Positions 14,561 to 25,800 of a DNA stretch of 63,859 nucleotides are shown here, piece after piece. A model generated the notes under the pieces. The model did not search any database, was not told where the DNA came from, and was given only the letters and a program-made list of their open reading frames with translations. The DNA comes from Fimbriosthenelais zetlandica (taxonomy: Eukaryota). Position numbers and translations under genes: made by a program. The DNA lies in assembly GCA_977030845.1 (NCBI GenBank), contig CDRPQX010000016.1, positions 496,142 to 560,000 of the forward strand, given 5' to 3'. Every line of letters starts with the position of its first letter. Position 1 is the first letter of the stretch.

Positions 14561-15195
14561 TATAATACACCTGTGTATGGTAGAGTTGATCAGAGTGAGG
14601 GAGGCTGGCAGTCCGTACACGGCGCACAGTGAAGAGAAGGTAAGTTAAGCTCACTTATAACATTACGTGATTACAGTACCAGGCCTTTACATTACGTTAA
14701 CTGCTAGCTTACGTGCTAACATAGTACCAGGGATTATAGCTACATTCTCTCAGGCATTCATACGGGGATAATATGTGTGTATCATCACAGATTTTCATAC
14801 ATGATTTAAGATTTAGGTTTTGGCCTACATTACAAAGATCCTTGCAATTTATTGTAGTTTCACAAAACCCTAATTTGCACTTTTCAATCATTTTTCTCCT
14901 AAATATATTTAAGGATAAAAATAAATTCTCAATGGAAACCTTCTGTTCATAATGTAGTGCATGCAGTCTGGTAATTTGATGCGCCAACTCTACTTGTACA
15001 TCTCTAAATGGTTCTAATTAAAATAGTTAATTTCTTACTAACCACTTTTTACTCTGTTGGTAAGTTTGGTAATTATAAACTAGACCAAGTGCGTGTAATT
15101 ACATGCCATGGTAGGAGACTGGAGATGTTTTAATACTAATTGCATGATAGCTGATGAGATATGTAATAATAACCTAGATCATACTCTCACTCCAG
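14561..15195 (+). promoter_or_regulatory. Probable TATA, non-coding first exon and 5'UTR intron of paralog 2
   Basis: TATAAT at 14561; strong donor GAAG|GTAAGT at 14640; acceptor ctctcactccag ending 15195, 6 nt before ATG 15202. Confidence 0.55.
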
Positions 15196-15201
15196 TTTAT
15201 C

Positions 15202-18200
15202 ATGGATCTGTCAGCAGTTCACACTCTAGCGGAGAAAGCCAGAGAGAGAATCAGTAAATACATCCACCACACGCCACTAGAGGTCTCCACCAGTCTGAGT
15301 GAAGAGACGGGAGCTGAGGTCTACCTCAAACTAGGTCAGTAGGTCACATTGACAGCTCAAACTAGGTCACATTGACAGTTCAAACTAGGTCATATTAATA
15401 GCTCGAACTAGGCCATATTAATAGCTCGAACTAGGTCACATTGACAGCTCAAACTAGGTCATATTAATAGCTCAAACTAGGTCACATTAATAGCTCGAAC
15501 TAGGCCATATTAATAGCTCAAACTAGGTCATATTAATAGCTTGAACTAGGCCATATTAATAGCTCAAACTAGGTCATATTATTAGCTCGAACTAGGCCAT
15601 ATTAATAGCTCAAACTAGGTCACATTGACAGATCAAACTAGGTCATATTAATAGCTCAAACTAGGTCACATTGACCGCTCAAACTAGGTCATATTAATAG
15701 CTCGAACTAGGTCATGTTAATAGCTCAAACTAGGTCATATTAATAGCTCAAACTAGGTCACATTGACAGCTCAAACTAGGTCACATTGACAGCTCAAACT
15801 AGGTCATATTAATAGCTCAAACTAGGTCACATTAATAGCTCAAACTAGGTCATGTTAATAGCTCAAATTAGGTCATGTTAATAGCTCAAAGTATAGGTCA
15901 TCAATTTGTACAAATGTTTCAATAATAAGTATGTTTTGTATTTGACAGAGAATGAGCAGGTGACGGGATCACTGAAGGTGCGGGGGGCACTCAACATGTT
16001 ACTATTACTGGTGGAGACTGGAGAATATGATGAGAGTAACCCCCCAATCACGGCCTCCACCGGTAACCATGCTATAGCCTGCGTGAGTTACTCACAATAC
16101 ATGATTAACTAGTGAAGTCCCCGTCTACTATCCTGACCTTGGTGTAAGTTACGTCTTGTATTTCAGGCGTACGCCCAGACGGCATTAAACATGAAGGTAA
16201 AGATTGTTATACCTCACAACATCAGCGCGGTTAAAGACGCCGCGATACGTCAGGCGGGGGCTGAGATATGTTACCATGGTAACACGCTTACCGACGCCGA
16301 GATACAAGCCCGGAAGATGGTACAGGTGAGTGTTCACTAATACAAGCCTGGAAGATGGTCCAGGTGAGTGTTCACTAATACAAGCCTGGAAGATGGTCCA
16401 GGTGAGTGTTCACTAATACAAGCCCGGAAGATGGTACAGGTGAGTGTTCACTAATACAAGCCCGGAAGATGGTCCAGGTGAGTGTTCACTAATACAGGCC
16501 CGGAAGATGGTGCAGGTGAGTGTTCACTAATACAAGCCCGGAAGATGGTACAGGTGAGTGTTCACTAATACAAGCCCGGAAGATGGTGCAGGTGAGTGTT
16601 CACTAATACAGGCCCGGAAGATGGTACAGGTGAGTGTTCACTAATACAAGCCCGGAAGATGGTGCAGGTGAGTGTTCACTAATACAAGCCCGGAAGATGG
16701 TACAGGTGAGTGTTCACTAATACAAGCCCGGAAGATGGTACAGGTGAGTGTTCACTAATACAAGCCCGGAAGATGGTGCAGGTGAGTGTTCACTAATACA
16801 GGCCCGGAAGATGGTACAGGTGAGTGTTCACTAATACAAGCCCGGAAGATGGTCCAGGTGAGTGTTCACTAATACAAGCCCGGAAGATGGTGCAGGTGAG
16901 TGTTCACTAATACAAGCCCGGAAGATGGTACAGGTGAGTGTTCACTAATACAAGCCCGGAAGATGGTCCAGGTGAGTGTTCACTAATACAAGCCTCCTGC
17001 TCACTTTATACATTCATGACATGTTTATACTGTAATGTACTGTCATTATACATGTTACAGGAGAATGGTACAGTGTATATATCACCTTATAATGACCTAC
17101 AGATCATGGCAGGACAGGGCATCATTGGGTGGGTATTAATCAATATATCTCTACCTCCCATGTCATCCTCACCACCACAATCTAACCTTTAATCCACTTT
17201 TATAGTGTTTGCCATATTGACTATTGCTTAGAACTGATTGGGCTTTAGTCCATAGGAATTATTTGGGTAGTTTAGAGATCTTGGAGAACATGTGTGACGT
17301 AGAGTGTATACGTTTTCTATAGTTTAGAGATCTTGGAGGACCTGGCTGACGTAGAGTGTATACGTTTTCTATAGTTTAGAGATCTTGGAGGACCTGGCTG
17401 ACGTAGAGTGTATACGTTTTCTATAGTTTAGAGATCTTGGAGGACCTGGCTGACGTAGAGTGTATACGTTTTCTATAGTTTAGAGATCTTGGAGGACCTG
17501 GCTGACGTAGAGTGTATACGTTTTCTATAGTTTAGAGATCTTGGAGGACCTGGCTGACGTAGAGTGTATACGTTTTCTATAGTTTAGAGATCTTGGAGGA
17601 CCTGGCTGACGTAGAGTGTATACGTTTTCTATAGTTTAGAGATCTTGGAGGACCTGGCTGACGTAGAGTGTATACGTTTTCTATAGTTTAGAGATCTTGG
17701 AGGACCTGGCTGACGTAGACGCCGTGTTTGTGTCTGTGGGGGGCGGGGCGTTGATTGCGGGAATAGCTGCCGTCATTAAATACGTCAAACCTGACGTCAA
17801 GGTCATTGGATGTCAACCACGTCGCTCCAAGGTCATGTATGAGAGCGTCAAGGTCGGGAGGATCGTGGACGACGTGACGTATGAGACGCTGTCTGAAGGT
17901 TCAGCGGGCGGCGTAGAGACAGACGTGGTGAGTACGATACATAGATAGAACTGACCTACCTACCCAGACCTGCCCGAGGGACATACCACCACCCAGACCT
18001 GCCCGAGGGACATACCACCACCCAGACCTGCCCCAGGGACATACCACCTACCCAGACCTGCCCCAGGGACATACCACCACCCAGACCTGCCCCAGGGACA
18101 TACCACCTACCCAGACCTGCCCCAGGGACATACCACCACCCAGACCTGCCCCAGGGACATACCACCTAACCAGACTTGATCTCTGTCACTTTTATATTTT

Positions 18201-18552
18201 TACTGACGTAGGTGACGTTGCCGTACTGCCAGCACTGTGTCGATGATTGGGTGCTGGTGGATGAAGCTGAGATCAGCCTCGGAGTCTTTACAATCCTCAA
18301 ACATCACCACAAGGTAAAATAAATCACAATCAAAATCAAAAGTTTAACTTGTAGAAGATAAGAAGCTTGTGTAAAACCTGTTAGTTCCTGTTACAGGTGA
18401 TTGAGGGCGCCGCTGGTGTTGTTGTGGCGGCGTTCCGTCAGGTGGCAGCACAGTACCAGGGTCAGAAGGTGGCGCTAGTCATGTGTGGGGGCAACATGGG
18501 TGTGGACACACTGAAACAAATCATAGACGACAATATTAATAAACAATCATAG
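15202..18552 (+). CDS. PLP-dependent threonine/serine dehydratase - serine racemase family protein, paralog 2 (330 aa, 7 coding exons)
   Basis: Exons 15202-15334, 15949-16082, 16167-16325, 17061-17128, 17687-17927, 18212-18313, 18397-18552; same lengths and phases as paralog 1; motifs GSLKVRGA, STGNHA, VGGGALIAG, CGGN. Confidence 0.92.
15325..15900 (+). repeat. 23-bp exon-end/donor array, about 24 extra units (homologous to 11543-11928)
   Basis: Units at 15356+23n to 15862, plus a degenerate unit at 15885. Confidence 0.93.
16302..16995 (+). repeat. 38-bp array of exon-3 end plus perfect donor (atacaagcccggaagatggtacag|gtgagtgttcacta), 18 donor copies
   Basis: GTGAGT at 16326+38n to 16972. 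Confidence 0.96.
17268..17716 (+). repeat. 52-bp array of acceptor plus exon-5 start (gtatacgttttctatag|tttagagatcttggaggacctggctgacgtaga), 9 copies
   Basis: Exon-start copies at 17271+52n to 17687 (real); the first is divergent. Confidence 0.96.
17957..18175. repeat. 30-31-bp intronic minisatellite (cccagacctgccccagggacataccaccac), about 7 units
   Basis: Intron 5 of paralog 2; explains ORF 17956..18165. Confidence 0.92.
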
Positions 18553-18888
18553 ACGACAATATTAATAAACAATCATAGACGACAATATTAATAAACAATC
18601 ATAGACGACAATATTAATAAACAATCATAGACGACAATATTAATAAACAAATCATAGACGACAATATTAATAACAATCATAGACGACAATATTAATAAAC
18701 AATCATAGACGACAATATTAATAAATAATCGTAGACGACAATATTAATAAATAATCATAGACGACAATATTAATAAACAATCATAGACGACAATATTAAT
18801 AAACAATCATAGACGACAATATTAATAACAATCATAGATGACAATATTAATAAACAAATCATAGACCACAATATTAATAAACAATATT
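18514..18888 (+). repeat. 26-bp array of the last codons, stop and AATAAA of paralog 2, 14 units
   Basis: Unit aatcatagacgacaatattaataaac; 14 c(a/g)taga cores from 18522 to 18860. Confidence 0.94.
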
Positions 18889-19899
18889 AAAGGGTTCATC
18901 TAATCTGAATGACCCATATATTAATTAATATTAATATTAGGCCTAATATTCAGGCCAACAACCCCTTCCTTCCATGTATACGGCCGGCCGTCTATGTATT
19001 ATCGCTCACAAAATTTTGACGGCTTTTTTTACAACTTACCGCGCAATAAAAACCACAGTACGTCAGAAAAAAACAAAAGAGGTGTCACTGTGTGAATTAT
19101 CACGAGAAAAGGTGACTTACCTGCCACGCCAGGGCGGACTAGGATTTTCCCAACCGGTTCAATATTTTCACATGGATCCCGCGCAGCCATCTTGAATCTC
19201 CTGCAATGTTTACTTCCGGTATTCACTTCATTGATCTTCATTAGGCCAGGAAAGCCTTTGCAAAAGGTCATTTATTGTCATTTGCATCTAGGAATAACAA
19301 AAAATAAAGTTTATAGAAACCTGAAGAATCTCCATTAGAAATAAAATAGAAAACTAGTTTTATTATTTACCACGGTGTGGCAGTATTGAGCAAGGAGCGC
19401 TGGAAACTGCCACTAGGAGGTGGCGCCGCTGTGTCAAATACAGACACTACACTTAGATGTTTCTCGCCATTTACTCGGACTTTCCAGTGAAAAAATAATT
19501 AAACGATACATATATGGGAAGATCAACCATTTCTGACCTCCCCACCCCACCATATTGCTTGATTCTAGTTCAAACAACAGTAAAATGAGATGAGATGGGC
19601 CGTAGCAAATGTTTGACGAAAGTCCCGCAGTGTGGCGGTACTGAGCAAGCGGTGGATGGAAGCCCGCTAAAATGACCAAGAAGGTGGCGCACAGTGGCAG
19701 GATCAGACACTACCGGAGGAATTATGGAAAATTTCATTCAGTTTTCTCTAAATTTCTCCGTCAAAACACATCAATTTGTATTGTAACAAAGCAGCAACCT
19801 TCCTTAGCATCCCTAGATACCTCCCCCACACCACTGTAATGCTTAAATCCTTTTAAAACAAAAGTAAAAATAAATCATAACTAACTTTGACAAAAGTGG

Positions 19900-20490
19900 T
19901 CATGGTTTCCCGTTACGTCCAGTCCAGCCCCGTGACCTGAAGGAGCAAGGAAGCCTGGAATCCTTTCCGTGAGCCGACACCAGCCCGTGCACTACTGGAA
20001 CGCTGACTACTCAAAGCCGACCTACTTGTTTTCTCCTTTAAGGCTACTGGGTTCAGACAGTGGAATCAACCGGCAGCGGAACGTCGTGCGCCGCACTCAC
20101 GCTCACCCAGAATGGTGGGAACATCGTGCCACCTGGTGGAATACCATGTTAGACTGGGCTTCAGGCATTGTCTGCCATATCAGGAACGTGGTTGACTCGG
20201 CCCTCAGCCGTAACGTTGAGTTCCCAACGCCAGCAACGGGGAAAGTTGGTCAGATCCCGCTATACTGACTTGCCTTATGGTAGGAATGTAGGACGGTGGG
20301 TTGCAGGTTTAGTTCCTATAGGGCACAGCCAGATGCACCCCAAGAATAAACGCGTGCCCTGTCACCAATCCAAACATCTGGAGAAAAACAAGTGATCACG
20401 ATCCGAGACTGGAATCGAACCCACCCGTGCACCGCGCACGGCGACAGGTACGGTTTCCCTTCCTCCCTTCAACCGGCTAGGCCACCAAAT
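19900..20490 (-). mobile_element. Probable tRNA-derived SINE (head about 20490-20400, body extending left)
   Basis: Minus strand A box TGGCCTAGCCGGT (20484-20472) and B box GGTTCGATTCC (20421-20411), followed by non-coding unique-looking sequence; 3' boundary uncertain. Confidence 0.4.
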
Positions 20491-20635
20491 CCACCCGCTG
20501 GTGGAAGCTTCAAAACTTGAGGTTAATCCTGATCTGGGTCAGTGTCCAAGAATAGGTGGTCACATGACTGACCCTTCCCAGGTATACTGGATGAGTACAC
20601 AATGTGGCTGAACAATGTGACAGGTATGTTATATG

Positions 20636-23600
20636 ACCACAGGTAGCCTAGTGGTAGAATACCTGCTTTGGAATTAAGAGATTCTGGGTTCAATTCCCAG
20701 AGCGGCCATCATTTTTTTCGTCCACTAAGTGCAAATACATCTGAATATTTGAAACTTTATTGTGCTGGATTAATCTAAAGGATTCAATTAACAAGACTAG
20801 ATTTGTTTTTATACTTGCTGTATGAAGTAGTTGACTGAAATCTTTCTGTAAATCGAAGGATAAGAATTGGTCAGGAGTTCTTCACATTCCTCCTCAAACC
20901 AGCAAGGCCAGTGAGAGATTCCTATCATGCAGGCAGCGCCAGGCGGGCGGCTGGCAGGTGAACTAAGGTTTTAGCTGAAAATCGACCGTAAGTCAGCGCC
21001 ACACGACGCAGTGGCAGGAATGTGAACTACGATTTTGCCTTTATTTCTGCTCTCATATCTATGACTCTTTACTTCTCTCACTCAGTCGCTTGTGAGGTAT
21101 TCTAGTCACATGGCAGAGTGTCCGCTTCATATGTGAGAGGTCCTGGGTTCAATTCCAAGCCTGGAACATGTTTTTTTCCAGCCAATCAAAGGACATTGCT
21201 TTTAGAATTTGATTTTGCAGAATCTTTGCTTGAAAGGGTAGAGGTCGTGGGTTTTATTCCTGATCTAGAAACATTTTTTTTTAAATTTCATAAGTCAATA
21301 TCAGAATCTTGTCTAAAATGTATTTGTTCTTATTTTCTGTAGAAATAAGTTTGACCAGTATACCCTGTCAATCCTTTTACACAAAATATAAAAATAACAT
21401 GATTTAGTAAATATCTTATACATGTACCTTGACTGTGAATTTATAAAAAAAAATGTAAATCACAGTATGGGAATTGAACCCGCAACCTCTCGCATTCCAG
21501 GCGGACATTCTGCCATGTGACTACTTAGACTGGCTAATTTACATACCTGGTTTGAATGCTGGAACCCTTTATATCCTTGCTGGGTTGAACAATAGAATTC
21601 TCACCAATCCACCGCATCGACCAAGTCATTCTTCAACATATTCAATTGATCTTCATTCTACAAAAAGTAAGAAAAGAATAATCATATAAAATCAATTTTC
21701 GGTTAGATTAATCAAACGATGTTTCAATATTCAGATGTATTGACTTAGATTGGCAGAAAAAATAACTGCCCAGAGCGGGAATAGAACCTAAGACCTCTCG
21801 CATCGAAAGCACACATTTTGCCATGAGACCACTTGGCCTTTATTTGGTTAGGGTTAGGGTTACCTGCCCGACAAGCTGATTCGTCCCATGTATGGGAAGT
21901 AGTAGAGTGATTGTGGCTGAGGAAGAAGGACTAGAAATTGAAGACCAAGGCTTTCTCATTCCAGGACTAAACCATGCAGGGTTCCCCCCACTATGCTTGT
22001 TGCAGGGCTCGCTGTCAACTAGAGACTTGGTGGTGGCTTGAGAAAGGACTTCTACCCAATACACCAGTCATAGATGACGGCTAATTCTTCAATTGACAGA
22101 CAGATTCATTTTATAATTACAATTATCTTGTTCCTGCAGAAGGCAATAAAATAGATAATTAAATCTTATTTATAAATAAAAACGATTAATTATTGTTGAC
22201 GGCGATCAAACTCATTCTACATATCGATATCAGTTAGGAAACAAAAGACAGATCAAAATTGATTTTGAGCATATTCTAAGAGAAGCAATGTCCTACAACT
22301 CAGCCATATTTCGGCATCATACTCTAGCTTCCCACGCCTGCATTGTGCCTCCATCAAAGAGTTTTAGCATTCAGGCGGAAATGACTGGGAAGAAAATGTA
22401 AGTGCCCACGGGGGAATTGAACCTGGATCTGTGAGACACGAAGCGGGGGCTTTACCACCAGGCCACAGAGGACTACACATAAAAACTTGTGCCTAGACGA
22501 GTCCATTGTCCACCTTGACCCTCCCACTACCCTACTTGCTATTTATTTCAGAGGTCGCAGTGTGACTCTAGCTGGGACGAAGGAGAAGAAATCAAAGACC
22601 AAGCCAGAACGAAATAATGCAGGGTTCTCCACAATGCTTATTGCAGGGCTCGCTGTCAAATGGGGGCTGTCCCATATGGCGAAAGCTGATATGACCTTGC
22701 CTGGCTTGAAGGGGCAGGTATTCTCTGCCAAATCCACCACAACGACCAAGTCATTCTTCTTAAATTTGAACCCGAAAAATTAACCATTAATTTTGGGCCG
22801 GATTCTATAAGAAATGTTCAATATTCAGATTATTGACTTTGATTGGCATAAAAAAAAAATGACTGCACAGAAGGGGAATAGAACCCGGGACCTCTCATTT
22901 CCAAGCCACACACTCAAACATGAGACTATTTAGGGACATGGGAATAGCAGCACCTAACCCTGGTTGATGGCCACCCCTGACTATATAGCCTGCTTGCTAT
23001 TGCCATGTGTTAGAAGTCACAGAGTGATTGTAGCTGAGGAACAAGGACTTAGAATCGAGACCAAGTCTGTTTTATTCCAGAACCAATTCATGCAGGGTTC
23101 TCCACTGTACCTTTTGCAGGGCTCGCAGTCCAATTGAGTTTGATATAAGAAAACCTTGATGGCTTGACTAAGTATGTAAAGAACTTCTGGCTAATACACC
23201 AGCCATAGATTTAGTTTAATTCTAGTTAGAAAATCTTTAGTTACAAAAATATTCTGAACAATCCACCGCATCGATCAAGTACTCGCAAGATGATTCAATT
23301 TGATACTGATACCGAAAAATAAATCATTAATTTTGGGCCCGATTCTATAAGAAATGTTCAATATTCAGATTATTGACTTTGACTGGCAATTAAAAAAAAT
23401 GACTGCCAAGAAAGGGAATAGAACTAGGGATCTCTGACTTCCAATGCACACACTCTACCATGAGACTACTTAGGGACATACAAATGGCAACACATGGCCA
23501 CCCCTGACTATATAGCCTGCTTGGTATTGCCATGTGTTAGAAGTCACAGAGTGATTGTAGCTGAGGAACAAGGACTTGGAATCGAGACGAAGTCTGTTTT

Positions 23601-23680
23601 CTACCAGAACCAAATCATGCAGGGTTCTCCACTGTGCCTTTTGCAGGGCTCGCAGTCCATTGAGTTTGAAATAAGACTAG
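20636..23680. pseudogene. Cluster of 7 degenerate tRNA-like sequences inside duplicated 0.5-0.6-kb units
   Basis: Approximate heads: 20636-20708(+), 21093-21166(+), 21462-21532(-), 21765-21838(-), 22404-22470(-), 22862-22935(-), 23402-23475(-); A/B boxes, most followed by T-runs; stems mismatched; most resemble tRNA-Pro (TGGTCT...GCGAGAGGTC..GGTTC). Confidence 0.65.
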
Positions 23681-24773
23681 AATCTGTAGACGCTAACGCG
23701 TCATGTGGAAGCTCATTTGTATAATGTATAATTCGTTAAAGGCGTTTAATTAGAAAAGTGGTTAATGTACAATTATGCTGTTCAAATGTTTAAATAATAA
23801 AATAATGATTGCTCACTGCAACCAAGATCACTACAGATGTATTATAAACTACAAGAACCTTTACACATAAACTCTGAAAAAAGGGAAATTGTGAAGAACG
23901 TTGAGTTATTCAACCGAGTAAAAGTTTACGCGATTTTCCCGAAATGAGTCAAAACGTAGACCCTTTTTTCGTTATAAGCTTATATATGATAGCTAATAAT
24001 ATGTGAAGGATCTTCATGGCATATATCTTACATATCATATATATCTTGGCAAAGTGCCAGAATAAAAATCATGGTAACCGATTACTATTATTATTAAATT
24101 TGTCATTGACTCGATCACCTGTAGTGCAGGGAAGTGTATGCGTAGGTTATATGCCTCTGCCGTAAAAATAGACCTGCAAAGTGCAAAGCGACCAACTGGG
24201 ATTTCCTAACTCCAATTGGAGATAAATAGTGACATGATTTAAAATGAGTATATCTCGGTACTGGTAAATGATGTAAATGAGGTGAAATCATAGATGGCGG
24301 GGGGGGGGGGGGGTGACAATAGATTTTATGGACGTATAAGGTAGAACCGTTAAATCGTGAAGAAAGTTGACTTATTCAACCGAGTAAAAGTTCACACGAT
24401 TTGCCAGAACTGAATAGTATGGGAAGCCCGTCAAAGGGCTTCCTAAATTGATCAATTGACTAGTAAAGTTTGGATGTTTAAATTTAATACAGTCACTTTG
24501 TTATACTTTAATCTAAAATTTATTGAAATAATTCAAAGTACTTGTAATTGAAACATTGTGTTTTTATACAGTAGTTTACTGAGGCAGGTGACATGATTAC
24601 ATTACCATGGCAACCTGCTGCTTACCTGGGCGTCCCATACACCTGACAACATACATGCAGCACTCACACACACACACACCTCACCCACACACACACACCA
24701 CACCTGAGCTAAAATACACACACACGGAACTACACACGCCGTGTCCCGACTTCCGGTCTGTGATCAACAGAAA

Positions 24774-25769
24774 ATGGCGTAAGACAGAGAGAGAGGACGA
24801 GGGGAAGATTGTACATCCACCCTCCATTATAAGAGGCACAGAGAGGCACAGAGAGGCACGGGCAGGAGGCATGTGATGGGGATGAGAGGTAAGGGTCTAT
24901 ATCATATATTACACCTGTATATTAAGGCGCACCTGTGTTAATTAACCTGCCAGTGAACACCTGTAGGTCTACCTGTGGATCGTGACACGGTAGTAGGGGG
25001 AGGGGGAGGGGAGGGGAGGTGAGGAGGGGTGGGGGGGGGGGGGTAGAGAGAGGGGTGGTCGGTCGTGTAGTGGTAGGCCATATATAGGAGCCACCATGGG
25101 GGTGTGTAGGGGTATATGGGTGACATATAGGGTCATATATAATATATATATTATACATATCATATATATTATAACCCTCCATGAAATGTATATTATATTC
25201 ACAACATGACTAGAGAAACAGGTGCCCAATTCAATGCAAAAAAAGCGGAAAAATCAATACATACTATTATAAATATTAAGGTAGCATGCACTTTAATTAA
25301 ACTTCAGGTAAGTTTTACCTGAAGTTTAATTAGGATGATTAGTGTTGACTATAGACATTAATTTACCTGAGATTGTAGATCTATACAGTTTACCTACACC
25401 TGCACCTCACATGATAAGTGAGCTCACCACTCATTATTTTTATCACAATATTAATTTCACGATAACTTTCCAGTCATTCTAATCGTAGACATTTCATATT
25501 CTGTGTGTCACGTCTTCAAGATGATCAAAGACAATCATTTACATGACTGTGTACATGTATACCTCCTCATTTACATGACTGTGTACATGTGGACTTCCTC
25601 ATGGAGTGTCTATGATATTATTTAGTTTTTTTCTGTATTTTTTGTATAATTTGAGAGTGTGTTCTTTTAATACTAACATGACTGGCTGTCATAATCAACG
25701 AACCATGACTGATGTGTAGGTTCACGGTCCTTAACTTTACCAACCTAAGCTCCCCCTTCTCCAACCCCC

Positions 25770-25800
<31 letters not shown>

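Noticed and set aside
14709-14987. Cys-containing minus-strand ORF
   Set aside because: AT-rich, TTG start, inside the probable 5'UTR intron of paralog 2; no homology recognised.
21848-21865. TTAGGG repeats
   Set aside because: Only 2-3 units; too short to call an interstitial telomere.
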